Assembly: GCA_950097015.1 (NCBI GenBank)
Contig: CATNEN010000038.1
Location: 10,354,001 to 10,418,000 of the forward strand
DNA: 64,000 bases
Direction of reading: 5' to 3'
Origin: Macrostomum hystrix
Lineage: Eukaryota > Animalia > Platyhelminthes
Numbering within the stretch: position 1 is the stretch's first letter; every line of letters begins with the position of its first letter. Positions 1 through 12,900 of the stretch are shown here, piece after piece. Below the pieces are notes generated by a model that was given only the letters and a program-made list of their open reading frames with translations, searched no databases and was not told the origin of the DNA. The translations under genes were made by a program, and so were the position numbers.

Positions 1-89
1 TCCTCATCGTCGTCGATAATTTCTTCATAACTGGCCGACGCCGGCATCGTCTCGGATGGCAAGCCAGGGTAGCGCCGCTCGAGGCTCAT
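1..89 (-). CDS. First coding segment of an unknown gene running off the left edge (MSLERRYPGLPSETMPASASYEEIIDDDE...)
   Basis: GC-rich open frame from ATG at 89, preceded 21 nt upstream by a ttgcag splice acceptor (AG at 112-111). Product not recognisable. Confidence 0.55.
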   Translation of the reverse strand, partial: MSLERRYPGLPSETMPASASYEEIIDDDE

Positions 90-2006
90 TCACAATTCAG
101 ATACGCTGGACTGCAACAAGTTGAGTAGAAATGGCAATCACTTTCTTAGCTAAGTGGAAATATGAATTCTGATTTGCCAAATTTGAATATATAAGTTTAT
201 CGTTTGATTTTTGACTCAGTAAACCACATGGAGACACAAAAAGCGTACTAAGCTTCTGTGTTCTCAATTGAATAGATATTTAGCTACTCATTGAGTTTGT
301 GTTCAAATGACAAGACAATAGCTTATATTGATCAGCCAAAAAACAGATATGCTTGAGTTAATTCAGAGCTTTCTGAAAACTAGACAACACACAAACTCAA
401 CGCGCTAATAAAGTGTTTCGACGAAAGCTAAATAATGAAAACCATAATGCTTCACTGCCGACAGTTGTGAGGAAACCGCCTCTAGTGTACAAAAACAACC
501 AAGGAATTCTATATAGGAAAGCATGAGGGCAAGCTATTGGGACACGAAACAAAGAACAGGCGCCGATTGTTATGTAGCTCGACTGACTAACTGATTCCGT
601 TCAAAGCCAGTCAAAACAAAAAAATCTGCATATTCAGAGATATACCTACATTCAATAATAACTGTTGAAAAATTAAGCAATTAATTAAATCAAACCTCTT
701 AGATGTTGTCAACAGAGACCAAAGTGCAGTATTGTTTTTTTTTCAGTACAATCACACAACTTGGTCAACCACTAAGTGAAAAAGCGCACGCGCTGCGTCA
801 GATAAACCGCTTTTTTTAGCTTTCTATCTAGATCTAGAAGAATTAAACACGGTGCTTTTCTGCGCTGTAGGGACTGCATAGAACCCGAAGCGGGTTGGTT
901 AGAACAAGAGAACAGGGCTAGGCAGAGAGAATCAACCGGACAGGGGAGGAACTATCCAGCTGTAACTGGGTGACCTAAACCAGACGCGAAATTGTGTGCT
1001 GTGTGTGTGTGTGTGCCCTCTACACCATCTAGGGTGGTAGAAATGGGGTGGCGAGACTAACCAACCAACCGCATTCCAGCCCTCGGCTAGGGGTAAGCTT
1101 TAGAAAGCAGGGCAAGAGAAGCTTCAAAAACACAGTTGGTTACACACAGTGCGAGGGCAGGAAAAAAGAAGACGGAGAGCAATAATGAACCAACCAAACA
1201 GTGTCCACCCCACAATGGAGGGTACGACGGGACACAGACAGCAGAGGGCATTCAATTGTCATTGGTCTGTCAGGCAAGCTACATGGCAAGGTCTCAAAAT
1301 ATACAAATGCATACTGTATCCCCTTTTTAGCACTACTCTCTATCTCTATCTATCTGTTGGATTTTAGCACATTATCCCATCCAATCCAATACAATAACGC
1401 AGCGAGACACGGGGGCAGAGAGAGAGAGAGAGATAAGTCGCTACGAGAAGGGACGAGAAGTAGAAAAGAAAAATCTTGTGCGCCAAAAGAAGACACTGTA
1501 CTTCGTACAGTGCATTTCTAAAATTGGATTCATTCACCTTGAAAAGCACCGATATTTCTGTCTCAAGAGAATTTGGCTGTCTTTAAAGCACTAACAAAAA
1601 ACCACAGTTAAGAGAATGAAATGCAATTCTGTCATGCGCAGCAGAGATTTTGTGTGTAGCGTAGACTAAAATGTAGATGTTTTCCAGCTTTCTTAAACAA
1701 AGATGTTGAATAACTCGGTTAAATTAAACAGAAATTATCAGTGCATCTAATTAGTTCATTTCTGCCGATTGAAACTGTGGGCAGCTTGGTCCAGACAAGG
1801 ATTTACTTCCTCAGGTTCTACAATAGTTCAGCGCATACATTTCGTGGACAGTACAATCCTATAAGCAAACAGAGAGAAAAAATCTAATGGTTGAAACTCC
1901 ATGGAAACTAGTTACACAGGGGAACACAGTGCCCGATACCATTAAACGAACCCGAATGGTTAATGTGGATTATTTAATCGTCAAAGATCAGAATGCTACA
2001 GTCAAA

Positions 2007-2399
2007 TAATAATATAATATAATAATTGACACTAGACCCAAGGGCCAGTGCAGGTGTTGTGTGTCAGGCACACTAGCAGGTGGGGACTGCACACCTATTG
2101 TACTCCCCGGCTCTCTGGGCACTGGTTGACAGCCGCGTGTCAGAATTTATTTTTCCAAACATATCGGCAGCATCCAAACCCCACAGAATTGCCGCACAGA
2201 ACTGCTTTATTCCACGCCAGCCGGAATTATTATTACCCGACGAAATGTCGGTACTCATTTGCAGCTGAGTAGACTGTGCGCACATCAGAGCAAAGCAGCT
2301 TGCCAAAGGCTGCACGAATAGTTCTAGACTAGGTCGGGAGTCGAACCCAGGACCATCTGATCCAGAGTCCGACACCTTACTGACTGAGCTATCCGCCCC
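2007..2399 (-). mobile_element. tRNA-derived SINE (family C), full length with TSD
   Basis: 5' head ggggcggatagctcagtcagtaag...gggttcgactccc (Pol III A/B boxes), (ATT)n-like tail, 12-bp direct repeat gctacagtcaaa at 1995-2006 and 2400-2411. Confidence 0.85.
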
Positions 2400-3625
2400 G
2401 CTACAGTCAAAGTGTTGTCATTATCGAAAGTTGGCTTTGACTGCAATTACCAAAAACAATGACAAGGTTACTAATACTATTAATCTGACACTAAATAGCA
2501 ATGATTTAAGATTAGATACTATAGGATGATAAGAAGCCAGATAAGTACCTAAGCAGGTCAGAAAAGTAGCTAATTAATTAGACCAAGAGATAATTAAAAT
2601 GCGAAAAGAAAGCTAAAAAAAGACATAACTAAAGAATATTCAAATTAGTTTTCTCTGTCAGAAAATTACTCTAATCGCTTAAAAAACTAACTTCTGCTAC
2701 TAAAATTAATACTGGTCCATTACCCCATGCCTGCTAGTCAGCTAGTGAGTCAGGGGATATGCAGAATGTACACAGCGCAATATGCTTGGAGTGTCACTCA
2801 AAAAATCGTTGCACTGATTGCAGCATTAAAACATTTACCCAAGTTTCCAGGCAAATCATGGCCAACGCCGAATTCTTATCATATCAAATAGTGCAGAATT
2901 ATAGCTTGAAGAAGACAGAAATATATCTCGATTGTAGCTCAGTACTAAAAGCTGAAAAGTGCTCAGTTTAACTGGTTTGAACTGGACCAAATTCTTGAAA
3001 CTAAGCAGATTTAAGCAAGCATGCATAAGTGCTGAAAAAAGTGGGACACAGCATTAAAATATTCTGAACAAAAAAACTTGCAAAATAAAGAGGCTCATAT
3101 ACTCTACTGTAAGTAAAATTATTGCAATAAAAACACACTTGTTACCATAAAGCAAACAAGACAATTTAAGAGGCTTTTGTACAAAATGTACATAAATCAT
3201 GCGAATCCACTTTAAACGAAAAAAAACCTGTAAATCTTCCATAAAAATATTTTGGCTTAAGGAGGCTTAGCAATTGAGATAAACAAACAGCACATTGACA
3301 GTTAACAGATAACAGCAAGGATACTAGACCATTCAGACACTCTAGAAGCAGAATTGTGTTCCTTTTTGAGAAAATATGTACAGTGCATCTTCTGAGACAG
3401 TAAAGCAGGGGTACATATGAATAACTAGCTCTTTCAAATACACATCCTAGTGTTCACTTTTATTTTTTTTAGTGAATAATTACATATAAAGTGTCTTAAT
3501 TATAAGACAGGCTGTCTGAGTCACAAGACAACTCCATTGTCTCACTCCTGTAACTTGTCTTATCTTTCATGTCTCACATCCTTCTGATTTCTACAATATT
3601 TTATCTCTCCCAACTTATCTCTCCC

Positions 3626-4011
3626 AAGCAGTGAAACTTTAAAGTGCCTTAAAATTGAGGAAAACACAACAAGGAAAGTAAATACTATTGACAATTGAAA
3701 AGAGGTTAGATAAGTATTTTTATACTTGTTTTTAATTAAAACTACAAGATACAGTAAAGCACTAAAGTTCAACTGCTTTAAGTTCAACATCATTTCCAGA
3801 AATTTCAGAACCAATTCTGCTTTTGTCTATTTTGTAATAGGCAAATAAAAAACAATACAAATAACTTTTTATCTCAAGTTACAAGTATAACATGTACTCC
3901 CTATTCCTATTAAAAGTAAATTAAAATTTATTAATTTAGCTGTTAATAGCTAAATTAAGCAACACAGTGTTTATCTAGGCTATGCTCTTATGATTCCTAT
4001 TCCAATACTTG
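3626..4011. repeat. Left arm of a 386-bp near-perfect inverted repeat (partner 9184-9570)
   Basis: Reverse complement of 9184-9570; by eye only 2 substitutions and a 1-bp indel in a T-run. Confidence 0.95.
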
Positions 4012-4109
4012 CAATCAGTGAAATGTAGACACAGCTACAATCAGAATTTTTACAGTCATTATAATATATATTACTGCCAATAAGTTAAGCCGGAAGTGTT
4101 AAAAATCAG

Positions 4110-4622
4110 ATAGGGCCTAAGGGCAAGGCCAGTTAGACTATAAGGCCTATTGTAACTCACCTGACAGCAAAGGTCTAGATGGGGAAAAAGCTCATCTGTT
4201 AAGCTTTCTTATATGGACTAGACCAGAAAAAGCTCATCGGTTTTAAAATACTAGTACTTCAATTTTTCAATTTTTAATTTAAATCCTGCTTAAGATCCTG
4301 TTAAAATCCTGTTAAGATATTTTAAAATCCTGTTTATACAATTAACATGTTCTTTTCAATGAAAAAAATTACTAGGGCCCATAGCTACATGACAGATTTT
4401 ACAGTCAATATTTATTCTTCAAGTTGACTCTTGATAGGGTCTACCTAATTTTGATACCTTGATACCTCAAGTTAAAACCGAATTTTCTGGTCTAGTCCAT
4501 AGAAGAAAGCTTAACAGGCGGGCTTTTTCCAGGCTAGACGAGAGATATTTTAAGCTTTTTCCCGTCTAGACCTGTGCCGTCGGGTGGGTAACTGTAAGCC
4601 GTCTAAGTCTGTTAGGCCCCTA
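4110..4622. mobile_element. Imperfect foldback/MITE-like element
   Basis: Inverted arms, e.g. ctgttaagctttcttatatggactagaccagaaaa (~4196-4230) vs ttttctggtctagtccatagaagaaagcttaacag (~4483-4516), and ggtctagatggggaaaaagc vs gctttttcccgtctagacc. Confidence 0.6.
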
Positions 4623-5103
4623 GCTTTTTTAGTAAAAACCTGGAGGAAAAAATGTAATTTAGTAAGTGATTTTTTACATAAAAAAACTCTAGGCCAGAAA
4701 ATCGTGATTTTTTGTTGTGGAGCAACAAACCTTTTGCTACTATTTTCGTTTACTTAGGCTAGCAAGGGAATTGCGATGTCATAAGAAGCAAGCCAAGAAG
4801 TTCGTAATCGTAAGGGAGTGCATGCATGCACATGTGTGCAATAAAAAATGATAACTATTTTGTATCGGTGCGAAGTCATCTGTATTAATAAAGTAGGATC
4901 AAACAATAATGTATTTTATATTATTTATTTCTAATTTTTATACCTAAAAATCTAAACTATAAAAAACACTTTTTACAGTATCATTCCTAATTTATATAGC
5001 ATATATTTATGCGTGTAACGGCTGGTGTAACACACCACGCAGACTCTGGCATTCTCAGCCCTCAGCCATAAGCGATTGCGAGATGTTATTTATCGTTGTG
5101 CTA

Positions 5104-5523
5104 GGGGTACCGATCACTTCGGCGACAGTCATTTTGGCGAAAAGTCATTTCGGCGAATTAACTTCGGTGACAAGTTTTGATCACTTAGGCGACAATTAAT
5201 TGCAGGAAATAATTATACCCGACTCAATCATAAAACAAAGTTGATAAAATATTTGCTTTTTTATTTTATATTTTATGTTAAAACTATTTGCATAGGCCTA
5301 GGCCTAGTTGATCATGCACAAAGTTTCAGATCACGCTAGGCCCCTAATGGCCTAATTAGAGTTAGAAATAGGGTCCATGAAGACGACTACAAGCCTCTAG
5401 GAGCGAGCGTTTTGACCATTCACCTGGTTCGTGCTCTGCCCACAGCTTGAAAGTAGGTGACCTGACACAGATGGTACTAGGCCCTATCAACGAAGTGATT
5501 TGTCACCCAAGTGATTGTAACCC
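5104..5523. mobile_element. MULE-like MITE with subterminal tcacttcggcgaca repeats
   Basis: Imperfect TIRs ggggtaccgatcacttcggcgaca / tgtcacccaagtgattgtaaccc; TSD degraded. Confidence 0.5.
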
Positions 5524-5725
5524 ATGTTAGACCTAGTATTGCTGAAGTAGTGTAAGTAACAGACTAAAAAATTTGACCTGGTGCTCTGAGTTTTGGAGAC
5601 AGATTATTCTCTGTATTTGATATCAGCCTAACTCAACTCTTCTCAGTCTTGACGCTGACCAACAAAAAATTATGGCAATGTATGTTGTGCCGATGTTGAA
5701 TCTTAGATGTCGGATTAAAACAATA

Positions 5726-6148
5726 GGATCCTAGACACTTTGTCATCTTACAACTTTGTCATCCATTTTTAAGGTAGGACACTTCATCATCATCCAGCCA
5801 AATGGCATGCTTTAAAGTTTGGTCAGTTCGTCATCTACTAATAACAAGCAGTCAAGTTCGTCATCAATAAAGTGAGGGTGGGGTGGTGGGGCACACACTA
5901 GGCCTAAAACAGGTGTGTTCAAACTCTACATTTTCAAAAGAGGTGTCAAAACTGATTTCATTATAAGAGTTGAAAGGTAGGTGCCAACATGATGTGAGGA
6001 GGGTTGTTTCTGTTCTAACGTTGTACTTTTGTTTTATAAATGACAAAGTGTACAGGTCTAAGTCTCTTCGTCATCCACCCTCTAAGATATTCTAAGACAG
6101 ATTTTCGTCTGGATGATGAAGTTGTAAGAGGACAAACTGTCCAGGTAC
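5726..6148. mobile_element. MULE-like MITE with 9-10 bp TSD
   Basis: TIRs gatcctagacactttgtcatcttacaact / agttgtaagaggacaaactgtccaggtac; direct repeat aaaacaata(g) starting at 5717 and 6149. Confidence 0.75.
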
Positions 6149-6463
6149 AAAACAATAGGGCCTACATGTGGTATAGGGCAGGGCCTAGGCCTAGCCTACC
6201 CTAGCCTAGCCTTTTTGCAGCTAGACCTTTTGTTAGCTCTATGTGGGCCAAATTTTATTCATATTGTTAGTAATGTTGGATGCCCCTTTGTTAATTTTAC
6301 TGTTTAAGCAAAACTAGGCCTACAACATGTCTGACTCTATTAGGCCTAAATATAGGCCTAGCCTACTGCCTAGGCCTAAAAGCTATAATCCTGGGAATCA
6401 CCTAGGGCCTACTCTACATCAAATTCTTTAAATCTTAGACCAAGGCCCTACTCCACTTTGTTT

Positions 6464-7527
6464 GGTCCTAGGTCATTTTGGTGACAAAACATTTCGGTGA
6501 CAGAATTGGTCAGTTTGGTGACAACTATTTTTGCACCTAAATATGCCGAGAAAACAGCCTTCCATGTGAACTATGCACACCTATAAAGTATTATTAAATA
6601 ATAATTACAAATTAGTTTTGATCAATGTGTGGTGCCAATGACAGGTCTTCATTTTTTTACTTTCCAATGGTACTTTTGAGTAGTTTGGATACTTTCTACT
6701 TGAAAAAATAGCAAATTAACTTCAAACAGTTTTTCAAACAGGTAAAGTGGCACTTGTCCCACTTCAGGTGCACCTTCTGTCCAGAGGAGTGCTGCGCCAA
6801 GAGCAACGGCTGGCTTACAGAACAGTGCAGTTTTGTCTTTTCACTACTGGGAAGAATTTGAGAATGGAAGTCGCATGATCCAGCAGCTGCTTAAAGCCTA
6901 CGCTCGCCTTGTCAATCCAAAACTTGAAAAATGACTATTATAACACATTCAATTAGGAACGAATAACTATTGAAACTATTGACTACTCATTAAATAATTT
7001 AATCATTTAACTCATTTGAAGTAAAACCCAGACTTAAGCAGAGCGATGCAGCTTCTTATTAATCATTATATCATTATTTATTAATACTTTATGAGTGTGC
7101 ATACATGCGCAACCTCCCAAATCTTAGCCGGCCTTGCGACTTAGTTTTTGCTCTCATTTGCGACTTAGTTCGTTTCATTGCTCTATTTACGACTTAGTTT
7201 GCTCTCATTTGCTCTCTTTTTCTCTCCCCTTTTTCCTTTTCTTCACGCCTTCCTTTTTTGTCCCTTGGTCCCCCCTTTGATTTTGTGGCGCTTGGTTGAT
7301 TGGTTTTTGCGACTTACCTTGCTTGGCCCTCGTTTCACCCGGCCAGTTCGGCCGGGTCGGCCGGGTGTTGCGCATGTATGTGAGTGTGCATAGTTCAAAT
7401 GGAAGGCAGTTTTTAACATATTTAGGTGCAAAAATAGTTGTCACCAATCTGACCAATTGTGTCACTGAAATGACTTGAGTTGTCACCAAAATGACTGTCA
7501 CCAAAATGTCTTGTCACCGAAATGACC
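6464..7527. mobile_element. Non-autonomous TIR element (MULE/foldback-like) with 8-bp TSD
   Basis: GGTC...GACC termini; TIRs built of gtcatttyggtgaca subrepeats plus aactatttttgcacctaaatatg; TSD ctttgttt at 6456-6463 and 7528-7535. Confidence 0.8.
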
Positions 7528-7879
7528 CTTTGTTTTAGTCTACTGTCTATGTGAGTATAGGCTTAACAATATAGAATCCAGTTTCTGATTCCAGAAGTAC
7601 ACTTTGGCAACAACCTTTTTTGTGGTAATATAGATAAGTGTTAATATTTTTTAATCTAAATGGCAAATATATTATTTTAAGCATCCCTGATTTATTTTAT
7701 AAAAATCTGGTAATTTAGTTCTTTTAAAAGTAGGTCCTAAAGGCACAAAGCTGAAGTTTAGATTCACTAAAGACACTAAAGAGAGCATAAAGTAAAGTTA
7801 ATGTATAGCAGAAAGTAAAATGCTCCAGCTTAACAAGGCCACAAAGGTGAAGTGTAGATTCAGTAAAATAGAACATAGA

Positions 7880-8210
7880 TAAATAATAATAATAATAATA
7901 ATAATAATTGATTACACGTGCCCCAATTGGGTCAGATGTGCAGCCGACAGCACAGCCACAGCTATTGTGCAGCACATCTGAAGGCTGCGTACAGCTGTTC
8001 AGTCCATGGACTGGGGGGACGCCACACCCACCTTCAATTATCCCAGCTAATGCTGGTACCCATTTAACAGCTGGGTGAACTGAAGCAATGCAGAGTTAAG
8101 TGTCTTGCTAAAGGATGCAAATTGTTCCAGTGGAGTCGGGAATCGAACCCCCGACCTTCAAGTCGTGAGTCCGACGCCCTAACCACCCTAACCGCCCTAA
8201 CCACTAGGCT
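7880..8210 (-). mobile_element. tRNA-derived SINE (family A), near full length
   Basis: Head agcctagtggttaggg...gggttcgattcccg, central cctttagcaagacacttaac...cagctgttaaatgggtacc, (ATT)n tail; further copies at ~15830, ~31770 and ~37540. Confidence 0.85.
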
Positions 8211-9183
8211 ACAATCTCTACAACCTCTACTACAACCTCTACTAGGCTACAACTAAGGCTAGAACTTAATAGATAAAGTTCATATTTTATAGCAAGTAGT
8301 AAAGTTAAAGTATAGATTTGGTAAAAATAGAAATAAGAAAGTAAATGTTCATGTGCAACAGAAAGTACAAGTAATATGTCACTGTCCAACAAGGATATTT
8401 AATTTTGCTGCAAGCAAGCAACAGCCTGCTTTTAATTATTTTCTTTGTTTTAATTTACAAATTTTTATTCAGGTTTCTACTAGTGTGGAAATATATTGTC
8501 CCTAAAATGACTTTTTGACTTAAAGTGAACCTATAGTTGCTCAATTAATTGGCTAATTCAACACCATCTCAATCTCTTAAAGTTTAATTAAAAATCACCT
8601 TTATCATTAGCCATCATGTAACTTTATCCAGAATATACAAATATATATATTATATTATATATATATGCAAAGCATTTTAATGCAGATTTCTTTTTTAGTT
8701 ACAAACAACTCAATATATTTATTCTTCATTAGCCCAAATCCTTCATCAAACTCTTATCAAAAACAAAAACATTGCAGCTTTTGGAGCTAAATTTTTAAGT
8801 TGCTAAATATAGGCCTAGCTAGTATCAATCGGGGGTAGATATAAAAGTTTAAATAGAAATAAAGGTATACAAAAACATTGCTAAAAATGGAAATAATTCT
8901 TTTTCTAAAATGCTATAAAAATATTTATTTATTTTTTTAGTTTTAGCTTGCTTAAGAAAATTGCTATTTTTTACTATAGGCCAAAGGTATCAGATTAGGC
9001 CTATCCTCATGGTCCCAACCATGCCAATAATTTAAAAATTTGTATCCATATTCTCATGTTTTCATGCCTCTTATCCTTATCCTTGCCTGCCAGAATGATT
9101 ATTTTCTTCTTGATCCTTATTCATACAAGCTGCTTTACAGATAAGCAAGGATTTTTTGGCATGGAACTGATGAAATAATTTCA

Positions 9184-9570
9184 CAAGTATTGGAATAGGA
9201 ATCATAAGAGCATAGCCTAGATAAACACTGTGTTGCTTAATTTAGCTATTAACAGCTAAATTAATAAATTTTAATTTACTTTTAATAGGAATAGGGAGTA
9301 CATGTCATACTTGTAACTTGAGATAAGAAGTTATTTGTATTGTTTTTTATTTGCCTATTACAAAATAGACAAAAGCAGAATTGGTTCTGAAATTTCTGGA
9401 AATGATGTTGAACTTAAAGCAGTTGAACTTTAGTGCTTTACTGTATCTTGTAGTTTTAATTAAAAACAAGTATAAAAAATACTTATCTAACCTCTTTTCA
9501 ATTGTCAATAGTATTTACTTTCCTTGTTGTGTTTTCCTCAATTTTAAGGCACTTTAAAGTTTCACTGCTT
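9184..9570. repeat. Right arm of the 386-bp inverted repeat (partner 3626-4011)
   Basis: Direct reverse-complement match to 3626-4011. Confidence 0.95.
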
Positions 9571-9982
9571 TAATTTCTAGAATTTCCTAACTGATTCTGG
9601 TTTTAATATTGGCTAGTTTTAGTATAGTTTTATTAATATTTAATATTAATATGAAAATTAAGGCTCGAAGTCAAGTGAAATGTTTTATAATCTTTGGCTA
9701 GTCAAACTGCCACAGTAGGTTTAATTTTATAATGCAATCTAAATGTGTAAACATTTAAACTTCTTACATCTAGTTTTTTTCTGATTAGATGACCTGCCAT
9801 TTTACTAGAACTAGCATTTATAGTGCTCGATCCTCAGATTTTTCTATATTTAACTTTTTTTCCTGCAATCCACAGTTATTCCAATTGAGAATATGATAAA
9901 CAGCTAGCCATGCCTGATATATGCTCAGTAAAGCTATTACTGATTAGAAAATCACTTCCAGCTCACAGCTGCTCAGCTAATC

Positions 9983-12900
9983 ATGTCGAAGTTCTTTGCT
10001 ATGGAAAACTCCAGCTCGGAGTCTGAATCCGAGGACAGTCGCGACTCGGACTCGGACTTTGGCGAAGGAGCCCGCTTTGAGAAGCCCGCCCGAGGCCAGA
10101 TCAAGCACCGAGCCGAGGACTCGGAGGAATCCAGCTCAGAGGACGAAGAGAAACGCGTTGTTAAGAGTCAGAAGGAGAAAAAGTTTGGCGAACTCATCGC
10201 CATTGTGAAGAATCTGCGCAATCACAAGAAAATCAACGACGTCTCCAATGTGCTCACCGACTTTGAAGAGATGGTGAAGAAATTTGAAAAATCTAAAAAA
10301 GTAGTCGAGGCCGAGGGTGTGCCAAATTTCTACATCAAATGCATCGCTGAACTCGAGGACTTCGCTAACGAAGCCTGGGAGGGGCGCAAGAAGATGAACA
10401 AAATGGCGGCTAAGAGTTTGACCACACTTAGGCAGAAGATTCGCAAATACAATCGCGACTTTGAAGAGAAGATAACCGCCTTTAGGTGATTGCTTGATTC
10501 GTGATTCATTATTTATTTACTATGGGTTCACTAGAACTGATTTTAATGCGGTTGCTATGGTTACTATGATAAGTCCATCTGCTGCATCATAATTTATTTC
10601 GGACGGCTTTTATAAGAATATTGCAAAACTACCTTTAGGGCCAATCCTGACGACTTTGAAGAAGAGGAGGACCTTCCAGCGCCGCAATATGGCGCCGGTG
10701 GTGGTTGCGACGCTGGCGGAGCCGACGATTCGAACGACGTCGCCGACGGCGGCGAGTTTCTAGCAGCCAAGCCGGGCGGTCGTCGGCGCGGTCCCGCGGC
10801 GCCTGCGGCTGCTGATCAGAGCGATTCGGACGATTCCGACGAAGACTGGGGCGGCGACTCAGACGACAGCTCCAGCTCGTCTAGCTCCGACGAAGACTAC
10901 GGCGGCAATGTGGCGGCTAAATTCCTTAAGCGGCCGGGCAAAGAGGAGGAGCGAGCGGCAAAGAAGAAGGTGGGAGCTCGTGGTTTTTGTGGTCCTTTTT
11001 TGGTCAAGTGGTAAGCCCTCTGCAGTACCTCTAGCTAGTCCTTCAGCGGCTCCCCGCAGCCCATCAATTCCTTCATCGGCTCCCCGCAGCCCATTAACTC
11101 CTTCATCGGCTCCCCGCAGCCCATTAACTCCTTCATCGGCTCCCCGCAGCCCATCAATTCCTTTATGGGCTCCCCGCAGCCAATTAGCTCCTTCATCGGC
11201 TCCCCGCAGCCCATCAATTCCTTTATGGGCTCCCCGCAGCCCATTAGCTCCTTCATCGGCTCCCCGCAGCCCATTAGCTCCTTCATCGGCTCCCCGCAGC
11301 CCATCAATTCCTTTATGGGCTCCCCGCAGCCCATTAGCTCCTTCATCGGCTCCCCGCAGCCCATTAGCTCCTTCATCGGCTTCCCGCAGCCCATCAACCC
11401 CTTCAGTGGCTCCCCGCAGCAGCCCATCAACCCCTTCAGTGGCTCCCCGCAGTAGCCCATCAACTCATTCAGCGGCTCCCCGCAGTAGCCCATCAACTCA
11501 TTCAGCGGCTCCCCGCAGTAGTCCATCAACTCATTCAGCGGCTCCCCGCAGTAGTCCATCAACTCATTCAGCGGCTCCCCGCAGTAGTCCATCAACTCAT
11601 TCAGCGGCTCCCCGCAGTAGTCCATCAACCCCTTCAGCGGCTCCCCGCAGTAGTCCATCAACTCATTCAGCGGCTCCCCGCAGTAGCCCATCAACCCCTT
11701 CAGTTGCTCCCCGCAGCAGCCCATCAACCCCTTCAGCGGCTCCCCGCAGTAGCCCATCAACTCATTCAGCGGCTCCCAGCAGTCCACATAGATGTCCTTC
11801 GGGTTAATTGGTCATAGTTTACTTATTTATTTATCGCTTAATTCAGGCTTTCTTTCCTTTGCCCAGGCCAAGCAGGACGAAAAAGATCGGCGCAAGCGCG
11901 ACGAGGCTCACCGCCGAGAGGAGCGTCGTCGGGAAGAGGAAGGCGAAGACAAGGACTGGGAGAAGGTTGACCGAGGCGGCCTCGCTAAGGTGGCCAAGGT
12001 GCGGCTGTTCGAGAAGGGCCAGGAGATCAGCTTCTCAGCCGCTTTGAAAAAAATGGACGAGATCCGCAAGGGTCGCGGAAAACGCGGCACGGATAAAAGC
12101 GAACAGATTGGCACCCTGCTAGAGATGGAGAAGATTGTTATTGACAACGGATTCGGACCGGGACTGCAGATTAAAGTGCGTCTTTTGTTGCATGTCTTAA
12201 CTGGCTCCTGTTATGGCACTTTCATTCTATTTACCAGTCCTTGTTTGTGATGACTATGACAGACATTGTTTATGACCTTCATGTCTGACATGGTTTATGA
12301 CCTTCATGTCTGACATTGTTTATGACCTTCATGTCTGACATGGTTTATGACCTTCATGTCTGACATTGTTTATGACCTTCATGTCTGACATGGTTTATGA
12401 CCTTCATGTCTGACATTGTTTATGATCATCATGACTGACATTGTTCATGATCATCATGACTGATATTGTTTATGACCGTCATGTCTGACATTGTTTATGA
12501 CCATCATGACAGCAACCATCATGACCATCACATGAGTATTTGCGTCTCAGGTGATCTTCGACATTGTGTCGGCCATTTTCGACTACAATCCCAGCATCGC
12601 CGTGTCGATGCGTGCCGAGCTGTGGCTTCAGCTGCTGGATAATCTTGACCGCCTGTTCGACCTTCTGGAGCGTCACGCCGGCGAAGTGATGATCGGTTCA
12701 GCCGTGCCAGACGACGGCGAGTGTCTGGAGTCGCCGCCGTACAAGATCGCTGAGTGCGCCCTGACACAGCTGGAGCGAATGGACAGCGAGTACACCAAGA
12801 TACTGCAGAACTCCGACGCACACAGCACCGTCTACGTTGAACGTCTTCAGGACGAGCGTCGGGTTTGCAGCCTCATCGACCGCCTGGTGACCTACCTGGA

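Noticed and set aside
860-1480. GC-richer island, possibly an LTR-like repeat related to 34830-35480
   Set aside because: Only scattered short word matches; no TG...CA ends or TSD could be established.
2325-2399. tRNA gene
   Set aside because: The tRNA-like head continues into a SINE body with tail and TSD; the acceptor stem does not close properly.
8177-8203. Interstitial telomere (ccctaa x3)
   Set aside because: Short triplication within the SINE A-box region with interrupting bases, not a TTAGGG tract.
10908-11807. Ser/Pro-rich 299-aa ORF and antisense 250-aa ORF
   Set aside because: Intronic minisatellite; eIF3c splices cleanly around it.
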